12,845 bases of DNA. It comes from Promethearchaeota archaeon (lineage in GTDB: Archaea > Asgardarchaeota > Lokiarchaeia > Sigyniarchaeales > SOKP01). The first letter of the stretch is position 1. Each line of letters begins with the position of its first letter. Both the position numbers and the translations under genes were made by a program. Location: assembly GCA_019057865.1 (NCBI GenBank), contig JAHLWP010000065.1, positions 1-12,845 of the forward strand. The letters are read 5' to 3'. Below, in pieces: positions 1 to 7,784 of this stretch. Below the pieces are notes generated by a model. It saw nothing but the letters and a program-made list of their open reading frames with translations. It made no database searches and was not told the origin of the DNA.

Positions 1-50
1 CTTAATTTTTCTAGGATTAATTTAAATTAGAAATTCAATTCCTAAATAAT

Positions 51-485
51 ATGAGTAAAAATCCAATCAAAAAAGGGGATATCCTTAAAATTTATACAGA
101 TGGTGCTGCTCGTGGTAATCCCGGTCCGGCTGCCTTTGCTTTCCTATTCGTTCATAATGATGAGATTATACATGAAGGAAGCAATTACATCGGAACTGCC
201 ACCAACAACACCGCGGAATATCAAGCTATTATCAACGCGCTAAAAACGGCTGAGAGGTTCCATAGGGGGCACCTACAAGTCTATTCCGACAGCAACTTAG
301 CCGTACAGCAAATCAATAAAAAATGGAAAATCAATGAGCCGCACCTGTCGAAGCTGTGTAGCGAGGTGTACCGGCTCTGCGAGAAATATGAAAAGGTGGA
401 GTTTTTCCATGTCGGCAGAAGTAATCCTTATATAAAACGATGCGATACATTATGTAATGAGCGATTGAATGCAGAAGGGTTTTAA
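51..485 (+). CDS. rnhA: Ribonuclease HI (archaeal-type RNase HI family)
   Basis: Motifs YTDGAARGNPG, TNNTAEYQA, YSDS and C-terminal CDTLCN supply the D-E-D-D catalytic set; 144 aa. Confidence 0.92.
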   Translation: MSKNPIKKGDILKIYTDGAARGNPGPAAFAFLFVHNDEIIHEGSNYIGTATNNTAEYQAIINALKTAERFHRGHLQVYSDSNLAVQQINKKWKINEPHLSKLCSEVYRLCEKYEKVEFFHVGRSNPYIKRCDTLCNERLNAEGF

Positions 486-682
486 AAACAAATATATCAT
501 AATTAATTTTTCTTATTAGAAAATTGAAAGAATTAAGTGCCTAAGAAGAAAGTTTGTTGTTATGGCTCTCTTTTTTTCTACTACTTTTTGTTAATAAACA
601 TATTCGAGACTCTAAAAGAATTATTATACTCAAATGAACTCACTACAATAATAATGATTGGTAGTTATGTACCGTTTTTATT

Positions 683-1246
683 TCAATTCTTCTCTTTTTC
701 TATATTACTTATATCAATTCCAAGTTGATACGCTTCTTCTAATTGATCTTGGCACATATTAATTGGAATATCTTTTTGTTCATCTTTATTATAGGTACAG
801 CATGTAATTATGAATAATTTGATGTTAAAAAATGGCGTTATCCGTTCAAAAAATGCAACTGTTGATTCACAGTGATGACGATAAGTAATTATGACTACAA
901 ATGTTTTGTTTCCAAAATCTTCCCAAGCAAGGGCTTCCATTCTATCGAACACTGTTTTTAATTGAGCCGTCATATACCCCCAATACATAGGAGTGGCAAA
1001 AACTATTGTATTTGCTTTTTTATATGCAGAATAAATTTCTTCCATATCATCTTTTATAGCACAGCTATGATTTACTGAAGTTGCGCATGTTAGACATCCT
1101 TGACATGGTTTAATATTTAATTCGTTGGTGTAAAAATGTTTTACTTCCTTATCTCCATTATAATTCAATCCTCTTATGAAATAATCAACTAAAGTATCTG
1201 AGTTTCGATTTTTTCTAGGGCTACCATGGAATATTATAGTTTTCAT
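683..1246 (-). CDS. Flavodoxin family / iron-sulfur flavoprotein (Isf-like, NADPH-dependent FMN reductase fold)
   Basis: N-terminal GSPRKNRNS FMN-phosphate loop, CQGCLTCx7C Fe-S motif, FATPMYWG..TAQLKTVFDR. Confidence 0.9.
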   Translation of the reverse strand: MKTIIFHGSPRKNRNSDTLVDYFIRGLNYNGDKEVKHFYTNELNIKPCQGCLTCATSVNHSCAIKDDMEEIYSAYKKANTIVFATPMYWGYMTAQLKTVFDRMEALAWEDFGNKTFVVIITYRHHCESTVAFFERITPFFNIKLFIITCCTYNKDEQKDIPINMCQDQLEEAYQLGIDISNIEKEKN

Positions 1247-1390
1247 AACAATAAACTCTCTTTCTAAAAATATTTTTATTATCCACTAAATTTTTGCTTA
1301 TTTATAAGAATTTGTTAGTAAAAAGTTTAATAAACCAGATATTATGGAAAAATCATATAATTTTCAAAAAAATTTTTTTCCTGTGAGTTT

Positions 1391-1933
1391 TTACCTAACA
1401 AGAATTTCGGTTTTCTTAGTTGTCATTCTATTTAACATTATCCGGGTTAATAGTGCGAAGGATTTTTTAACATTTTCACCAGTTTTGCTGGAACATTCAT
1501 AAAATTCTTTCAGATCCATCATTTTAGCAACTCTCTGTCCTTCTCTATAGGTGATTTCTCTATAATCATCTAAATCAGATTTAGCCCCAATTAAAATAAT
1601 TGGAAATCTTGGGGTCGTCCCATTTATTTCTGATAACCAATCGCTAATATGAGAAAAGGAACCGTAATTTGTTATGTCATACATTAAAATCCCGCCCATA
1701 GCACCATAAATATATTCAGGAAAAATGAATCGAAATCTCTCCTCACCAGCAAAGTCCCAGATTAATAACTTTATTACCAGACCATCCATTTCTAAGACTT
1801 TAGTTTCAAAATCTACTCCAATTGTCTTGCTCGAATCTGAGATAAATACATCAGTTATGAATCTCTTTCTTAATGTAGTCTTACCACATCCAGCATCTCC
1901 GAAAATAACTACTTTGAAAAGTACATCATACAT
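1391..1933 (-). CDS. Rab-like small GTPase (Ras superfamily, Asgard type)
   Basis: G1 GDAGCGKT, switch I TIGVDF, G3 WDFAGEERFR, G4 GAKSD, G5 CSSK; no C-terminal Cys prenylation motif. Confidence 0.93.
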   Translation of the reverse strand: MYDVLFKVVIFGDAGCGKTTLRKRFITDVFISDSSKTIGVDFETKVLEMDGLVIKLLIWDFAGEERFRFIFPEYIYGAMGGILMYDITNYGSFSHISDWLSEINGTTPRFPIILIGAKSDLDDYREITYREGQRVAKMMDLKEFYECSSKTGENVKKSFALLTRIMLNRMTTKKTEILVR

Positions 1934-2342
1934 GTTAATCCTAATTAATCTCCTTATTATTTTTTAATCTCCTTACTCTATAGGGACTTGAAAAGTGTGA
2001 TATTTCTGTTACATTTTTACACACAACAACCCAAAACCCATTCCCTAAATATTGTATAAATACGCACTTTTTATTTTATAAAAATGCAATGATAAACATA
2101 ATAACATTCCTATTTAAATCTTTCTTGGATTATTAACCAGTATTTCATTTTTTTCCCAAAAATTAATGGAAAATTGTGTTATTGCAAGAAATTTCGTCGT
2201 TATTCCTTTTTGTCCCATGAATTGAGGGAAAATGATTTTTTAGATTCTACATTTCCAAACTTGTATATTTCAATACAGGAAAAGTTGCTGAACTTATTAC
2301 TCTTAATCATTAAAATTAAAACAATTATAAATTTAATTTTAA
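1738..2342. repeat. Direct repeat copy 1 (about 605 bp): 5' third of the Rab-like gene plus its upstream intergenic region
   Basis: Aligns to 4545-5148. Manual count gives 14 differences in 196 coding nt and about 33 in about 409 non-coding nt. Confidence 0.97.
2310..2342. promoter_or_regulatory. Inverted repeat TTAAAATTAAA-N11-TTTAATTTTAA enclosing a TATA-like TTATAAAT; likely promoter of the downstream gene
   Basis: Seen directly, nearly conserved at 5116-5148, and coincides with the right end of the duplication. It lies 45-60 nt upstream of the 2400 and 5193 starts. AT-richness lowers its significance. Confidence 0.45.
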
Positions 2343-2399
2343 CATAAACTTAATTTATAGTCTTATTATTACAATTCCAAATACGAATTTAGCAAAAAT

Positions 2400-3146
2400 A
2401 TGAAAATTATATTTTTAGGAACTAATGGCTGGTATGCAACAGATTTAGGAAATACTACTTCTACATTAATATGTTCTGATGAATTTTATATTTTATTAGA
2501 TGCGGGTGATGGAATTTATAAAATTGATCAATATATTGATGAAGAAAAACCAATTATTTTACTACTTAGTCATATTCATTTGGACCATATAATAGGACTT
2601 CATGCGTTTGCAAAAATCCATTTTAATCAGAAAATTAAGATTTATGGCTATAAAGGAACAATTATGGGGTTAAACTTGATCATAAAGCATCCCTATTCAT
2701 CTCCCTTTGCTGAATTACCACTAAATATCCAAGTTCATGATTTAGATGAAGGAAAACATAACATTGGGTTTCCAGTTACGTGTAGGCTGCTTGTTCATGC
2801 AGATCAATGTTTAGGATATAGATTAGAACTAGAAAATAAAATCATTACATATTGTACTGATACTGGTTTATGCCAAAATTTATTTGAACTTGCTAAAGAT
2901 GCTGACATATTTATTACAGAATGCTCATATAAGCCTGGTCAAGAAGAATGGGGATGGCCTCATCTTAAACCCGAAGAAGCTGCTGAAGTAGCAGTGAAAT
3001 CAAAAGTAAAAAAACTTATTCTAACTCATTTTGATGCTAGTTCTTATAAAACTATAAAGGATAGGAAAAAGGCTGAAGAAAAAGCTAAAGCACGATTCCC
3101 AGAAGTAATGGCAGCTTTCGATGGCTTAGAACTAGCTATAGATTAA
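2400..3146 (+). CDS. Metallo-beta-lactamase fold hydrolase, RNase Z/BN-like (phosphodiesterase)
   Basis: FLGTNG, LLDAGDG, SHIHLDHIIG (HxHxDH), CTDTG, TECSY..HL, LILTHF motifs. Confidence 0.88.
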   Translation: MKIIFLGTNGWYATDLGNTTSTLICSDEFYILLDAGDGIYKIDQYIDEEKPIILLLSHIHLDHIIGLHAFAKIHFNQKIKIYGYKGTIMGLNLIIKHPYSSPFAELPLNIQVHDLDEGKHNIGFPVTCRLLVHADQCLGYRLELENKIITYCTDTGLCQNLFELAKDADIFITECSYKPGQEEWGWPHLKPEEAAEVAVKSKVKKLILTHFDASSYKTIKDRKKAEEKAKARFPEVMAAFDGLELAID

Positions 3147-3148
3147 GT

Positions 3149-3250
3149 CTTTTTTTAAAATTTAGAAGCGTTATAAATAAACTTAACCCAAGTGGAAGGT
3201 TATTAGATATAGGGTGTGGGTCAGGGAATTTAATCGACTCTATTTTGTAA
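3149..3250 (+). pseudogene. Remnant of a class I SAM-dependent methyltransferase
   Basis: Frame reads LFLKFRSVINKLNPSGRLLDIGCGSGNLIDSIL*. It contains the canonical motif I LDIGCGSG but has no start codon and stops soon after the motif. Confidence 0.7.
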
Positions 3251-3468
3251 TTTTAGGAATAAAAGGGCTTAATAAATTTTCATTACACAGTTTTATTTTG
3301 CTTAAGATAAGATTTATGAATATAATTAGGACAATATTTAAATTTCAAAATTATTATTCTTTCTAATTTAGATATTCCCGAATAAAAATGAATTGTTAAA
3401 TACTAAAAAAACTATTTATTTAATAATTCTAAAATCATATAAGAAATTATCCAAAAGATAGACTAAAT

Positions 3469-4479
3469 TTGAGGGTATTAATTCTTAGTCATTTTAATCT
3501 TATTAAGGGACCTATAAACGTTTTGAAAATTCCAGAAGACTTTGTATTTAATGGCCTTAAAACTATTCCTAAGCATCTAAATTTAGATGAAAAGGGTTTC
3601 TTTATTTATGACTATGAAACTTTTAAAACAGCTAATTTAAAATTTACAGTACCAAGTATAATGGAGAGGGTGGAATATGAAGAGCTTATGATTTCTGTGG
3701 TAATTATCAATGAAAATATATCTCCAAAAATTTTCCAATCGATTTTAAAAAAATTTAAAGAAGAACTTAAAAATATTAAGAATTTATATAAGGGTCTATA
3801 TAATTCTTCTGAGGAGAGCGCTGCTAAATTTCTTGAAATAAAAGAAGTTTTGCTTAAATATTACCAAGCTATAAAGGATATGAAGGGGATACAATTAAAT
3901 ATTGATCTAAATTACAATTTTCCATGGGGGACGCATATATGTTATTTTTACCAAAAAAAAGAAGATCTCATGGACATAATAATACCCTATATCAAAAAAG
4001 GGTTAGAAGACGATCAGTTTTGTGTCTGGGTTACTTCAGAAGATCTTAATGAGAAAGAAGCTAAAAAGAAATTAAAATCTGAAATAAAAAATTATAATGA
4101 ATTCTTGAAAAAAGGGCAAATAGAAATCTTTCCTTATACAGAATGGTACCTTAAAGATGGAGAATTCAACTTCCAAAGAGTTCTCGATGGATGGGTTCAA
4201 AAATATAATTATGCATTATCCCATGGTTTTGCTGGTATCAGAGTAACAGGCAATACTGCATGGATTGAAAAAAAGGACTGGAAAGATTTTTCTGATTATG
4301 AAGAAGAAATTAATAACGTTGTAGGAAACTATCGGATGATTGTCTTATGTACTTATTCTGCTGAAAAATGTGGTTTTAATGAGATTTTAGGAGTTATGAA
4401 AACCCATCAAGTTGCCACAATTAGAAAAGAAGGAAAATGGGAGATTCTCCAAAGATATAATAATTCACTTTTTAATTAA
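3469..4479 (+). CDS. Two-domain protein: N-terminal longin/uDENN-like domain plus C-terminal MEDS sensory domain
   Basis: C-terminal half PWGTHICYFYQKKEDL..GIRVTGN..YEEEIN..IVLCTY is typical of MEDS. N-terminal LILSHFNLIKGP resembles the 'lils.Fd...GP' start of uDENN/longin domains, which is a weaker call. TTG start. Confidence 0.75.
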   Translation: MRVLILSHFNLIKGPINVLKIPEDFVFNGLKTIPKHLNLDEKGFFIYDYETFKTANLKFTVPSIMERVEYEELMISVVIINENISPKIFQSILKKFKEELKNIKNLYKGLYNSSEESAAKFLEIKEVLLKYYQAIKDMKGIQLNIDLNYNFPWGTHICYFYQKKEDLMDIIIPYIKKGLEDDQFCVWVTSEDLNEKEAKKKLKSEIKNYNEFLKKGQIEIFPYTEWYLKDGEFNFQRVLDGWVQKYNYALSHGFAGIRVTGNTAWIEKKDWKDFSDYEEEINNVVGNYRMIVLCTYSAEKCGFNEILGVMKTHQVATIRKEGKWEILQRYNNSLFN

Positions 4480-4494
4480 ATAATCATTGAGCTA

Positions 4495-4740
4495 TTAATT
4501 AGTAGTATTGGCTACATTTCTAATCGCAATACAACTACCAGATTTCTCCTCACCAGCAAAGTCCCAGATCAATAACTTTATTACCAGACCATCCATTTCT
4601 AAGACTTTAGTCTCAAAATCAACTCCAATAGTCTTGCTAGAATCTGATATAAATACATTAGTTATGTATCTCTTTCTTAATGTAGTTTTACCAAAACCAG
4701 CATCCCCGAAAATAACTACTTTGAAAAGCACATCAAACAT
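4495..4740 (-). pseudogene. Truncated paralog of the Rab-like GTPase (G1-G3 only)
   Basis: First 65 codons are about 93% identical to 1738-1933. Homology ends after WDFAGEE and is followed by 16 unrelated codons; G4 and G5 are missing. Confidence 0.9.
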
Positions 4741-5148
4741 GTTAATCCTATTTTATCTCCTAATTATTTCTTAATCTCCTTACTCTATAGGGACTTTAAA
4801 AGTGTAATATTTCTGTTATGCTTTTACACACAACAACCCTAAACCCTTCCCTAAATGTTGAATAAATACGCACTTTTTATTTTATAAAAATACAATGATA
4901 AACATAATAACATTCCTATTTAAATCTTTCTTCCATTATTAACCAGTATTTCACTTTTTTCCCAAAAATTAATAGAAAATTGTGTTATCGCAAGAAATTT
5001 CGCTGTTATTCCTTTTAGTCCCGAGAATTGAGGGAAAAAGATTTATTTGATTCTTCATTTCCAAACTTGTATATTTCAATACAGGAAACGTTACTGAACT
5101 TATTATTCTTAATCATCAAAATTAAAACAAGTATAAATTTAATTTTAA
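4545..5148. repeat. Direct repeat copy 2 of 1738-2342
   Basis: Offset 2807/2806 nt with one 1-nt indel; about 92% identity by manual count. Confidence 0.97.
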
Positions 5149-5192
5149 AATATAATAAAAATAAAATATCGAATAGTATTAGGTAATAAATA

Positions 5193-5771
5193 ATGATGAA
5201 AGCGTTATTATTTAATGGTTATTCAGATAATGATTCTGATGCTGAAATGATTGGTTCCCTAATAGTACAAGAACTTAATAGAAATGGATTTGAGGTAGAA
5301 CAAATCTTATTAAGAGACGCTAATGTTGCAGCTTGTCAAGGTTGTTTTGATTGTTGGGTAAGAACACCCGGAGAGTGTAAAATAGATGATTATGGGCGAG
5401 ATACTGCTAAAAAAATGGTTCAGAGCAGTCTGATCATTCATTTTACACCAATCACATTTGGAGGATATTCCTCTGAGTTGAAAAAAGTAATAGATAGGTT
5501 TATACCAACAATATTACCGTTCTTTACAAAAAGACATGGAGAAACTCATCATAACCATCGCTATGAAAATAGGGGCTCGATTATTGCTATAGGAGTCTTA
5601 GACAAACCAGATGATGAAAAAGAAGCCATATTTAAAGAATTAGTATATCGCAATTCACTTAATATGGGTGCACCTGTTCATGAAGCGATTATATATACAA
5701 AAAACCAAAGTAAAACCGATTTTATAAGTGAATTTGCTACAATTTTAAAGAAAGTGGAGGGAACAATATGA
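5193..5771 (+). CDS. Flavodoxin family protein with Fe-S motif (Isf-like)
   Basis: CQGCFDCWVRTPGECKIDD (Cx2Cx2Cx7C) and TPITFGGYSSELKKVIDR. The start may be the second ATG at 5196. Confidence 0.88.
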   Translation: MMKALLFNGYSDNDSDAEMIGSLIVQELNRNGFEVEQILLRDANVAACQGCFDCWVRTPGECKIDDYGRDTAKKMVQSSLIIHFTPITFGGYSSELKKVIDRFIPTILPFFTKRHGETHHNHRYENRGSIIAIGVLDKPDDEKEAIFKELVYRNSLNMGAPVHEAIIYTKNQSKTDFISEFATILKKVEGTI

Positions 5772-6448
5772 ACAATAATAAAAAAGCACTTCTTTTAATC
5801 GGTAGCCCAAAAGGCGAAAATAGTACCTCAGCATCTCTTGGAAATTATTTAACCTCAAAATTAGAGGAATCTGGGATGACCACTGAAAAAGGATTTATCC
5901 ATCGAATGGTAAACCGAGAAGAAAAAATAAAGGAACTCTTTGAAATGATTGATAAAGCAGATCTAATAATTCTTTCATTTCCTTTATATGTAGATAGCTT
6001 ACCAGCTCCCGTGATTAAAGCAATGGAATTAATCAAAGAAGAAAGAGACAAATTAGAAAGGAAAAAAACTAAAGATTTTATTGCGATATGCAATAATGGT
6101 TTCCCTGAAGCGTCCCAAAATATGACAGCACTTCAGATTTGTAGAATTTCCTCTAAAGACTGTGGTTTTGTATGGAAAGGTGGAATTGCCATCGGTGGAG
6201 GAGCTGCAATTAACGGCATTCCGCTAAAAGAAAGAGGAGGCATGGTAAGACACATCATCAATGGATTAGACTTAGCAGCTGACTCTTTAAAGGATGGTAA
6301 AGAAATCCCTCAAGAAGCTATTGACTTAATATCAAAAAAGTTTATACCAGCTACTCTTTATAGAACTTTTGGAAACTTAGGATGGAGATCACAAGCCCGA
6401 AGATATGGTGTAAGAAAAAAATTAAAAGACAAACCTTATTCTAATTAA
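5768..6448 (+). CDS. NAD(P)H-dependent oxidoreductase / flavodoxin-fold protein
   Basis: IGSPKGENSTS, ADLIILSFPLYVDSLPA, NNGFPEA motifs. ATGA overlap with the upstream gene suggests translational coupling. Confidence 0.85.
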   Translation: MNNNKKALLLIGSPKGENSTSASLGNYLTSKLEESGMTTEKGFIHRMVNREEKIKELFEMIDKADLIILSFPLYVDSLPAPVIKAMELIKEERDKLERKKTKDFIAICNNGFPEASQNMTALQICRISSKDCGFVWKGGIAIGGGAAINGIPLKERGGMVRHIINGLDLAADSLKDGKEIPQEAIDLISKKFIPATLYRTFGNLGWRSQARRYGVRKKLKDKPYSN

Positions 6449-6629
6449 GTTTAATACTGTATAGTACTACTAATCTGATTAAAAAAGGAACTGTCCTTAC
6501 AGGATTATTTAAAATTTAGTCTTATGGTTTATTTTTTATTAATTAATTAGAAAACCCTAAATCTATGCTTAAAGGAAATTTGAGTAAAAGTTACTAATTT
6601 CATCAATCATTAATAAAGGAATCTTTAAA

Positions 6630-7409
6630 CTATAAATTGTTTTGTATAAGTTTATGGAGAAAATAGCCGATACCTAAATAACTTATTTCTATTGATTTTT
6701 CCTTTTTATCAACAGGATTAGGATAAAGGTTAATCGCAGAAATTTTTTCTAATTTTTGAATAAATCCATTTATAGCACCTCGGGATATAGTAGAATTGCG
6801 TCTAGATTCCAATGCTTCTTTTATATCTTCTAATGAAACATACTTTTTTCGATTGGTTAATAATGTATTCTCATTGAATGATAATTCTAGTCGAAAGAAT
6901 TCATTATAATCATGATAATCATCAAAGAAAAGCTCTAAAAATTCAAATTGCTTCTCTGTTAAAGAAGGAAATGGAACTGTGATTAATTCTACGTTAGAGT
7001 ATATCCCCACTTCTTCATTCTTTTCATAAATAAAATCTCCATGAATGATTCGAGTATTCGTAATGGAACATGCGCTATAAAACCAAATATCCATATAACG
7101 TAATCCTCCAGATATATTTACAGTAATATTATCAAATCCGTTGAGTTTTTGTTGGTAAATAAGATGAATTAATTCTGCAATGGGTTTTGTTTGGATGTGA
7201 AAATCGAGTTTCGCATTCTCAACCTCAATCCGCCGTTCTTTATAATAGTTATTTAATTCATCCAATACTTTTTTAGCTTCAAGTGTTCCTGGAAGTGGTT
7301 GTCGTTCAGTTATGAAAATCACTTTATGAACGATTTCTTTATCAATAGAAAATATTAATTTTGAAGTTGTATGTCCCACTAAAATAAGTTGACAATACTT
7401 TTCAGTCAT
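6630..7409 (-). CDS. Csa3-like transcription regulator: N-terminal CARF domain plus C-terminal MarR-type winged HTH
   Basis: Rossmann beta1 LILVGHT, CARF motif ITVNISGGLR, linker FPSLTEKQFEFL, HTH SLEDIKEAL..ISRGAINGFIQKLEK and wing NPVDKKEKSIEISYLG. No cas genes or array in the window. Confidence 0.8.
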   Translation of the reverse strand: MTEKYCQLILVGHTTSKLIFSIDKEIVHKVIFITERQPLPGTLEAKKVLDELNNYYKERRIEVENAKLDFHIQTKPIAELIHLIYQQKLNGFDNITVNISGGLRYMDIWFYSACSITNTRIIHGDFIYEKNEEVGIYSNVELITVPFPSLTEKQFEFLELFFDDYHDYNEFFRLELSFNENTLLTNRKKYVSLEDIKEALESRRNSTISRGAINGFIQKLEKISAINLYPNPVDKKEKSIEISYLGIGYFLHKLIQNNL

Positions 7410-7422
7410 TCCAAATCATCCT

Positions 7423-7535
7423 ATATTACTAATTACATTACAAATTAATAAATTAGTTCTTTGTTTATAGTTAAAATTACTTTCTCATAAACATGTATAT
7501 TATATAGAATATATGACCATAAAAAAGTATATAAA
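7423..7535. promoter_or_regulatory. Divergent promoter module copy A: minus-strand TATA (about 7444-7451), imperfect palindrome 7492-7515, plus-strand BRE/TATA AAAAAAG-TATATAAA (7521-7535)
   Basis: About 84% identical (97/115 columns, manual count) to 11202-11316, with a canonical archaeal BRE-TATA arrangement. Confidence 0.75.
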
Positions 7536-7579
7536 TGAGGATGGGTTTGTGATCATGTAATTTTCAATTTTTCAAACAA

Positions 7580-7750
7580 GGAAGAGAAAAAAATAGGGTC
7601 AAAACCATGACCTCTTACTACCAAAAGGCAACCTTGCTTTTCAAGGGGTATTCCCGATTGGAGGATACTCCTTTTTCACCCTAGGGGGAGGGAATAAGGG
7701 AATCATGGATAATCTCAAGCTTTGAGATTGCCCTATTTTCACTTCTTTCC
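7580..7750 (+). ncRNA. Candidate structured RNA or long 5' leader (nested multi-stem), family unrecognised
   Basis: 43% GC (73/171) amid very AT-rich intergenic DNA. Stems: 7590-99:7730-39, 7605-10:7703-08, 7612-17:7695-7700. Hairpins: 7624-41, 7643-73, 7711-29. G-U pairs favour the + strand, and it lies downstream of a BRE/TATA. Confidence 0.55.
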
Positions 7751-7784
7751 TAATAACATCCACAAAAATATAGTGATAAAAAAT

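Noticed and set aside
537-728. Short ORFs 537-728, 5845-6093 and 7880-8074
   Set aside because: They overlap or are antisense to better-supported genes and have no motifs.
1725-1967. Plus-strand ORFs 1725-1967 and 4508-4774 conserved in both copies
   Set aside because: Antisense shadows of the Rab frame; their starts differ and the synonymous pattern supports the minus strand.
4545-4740. DGR template/variable repeat pair with 1738-1933
   Set aside because: Differences are mostly synonymous and not adenine-specific, and there is no reverse transcriptase in the window.
7580-7750. MITE, tRNA, SECIS, hammerhead, or c-di-GMP/cobalamin riboswitch
   Set aside because: No target-site duplication or second copy, terminal pairing relies on G-U pairs and bulges, and the diagnostic consensus motifs were not seen. 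Rfam was not run, so a known family is not fully excluded.
7410-7780. CRISPR leader/array next to the Csa3-like gene
   Set aside because: No regularly spaced direct repeats were found here or elsewhere in the window.
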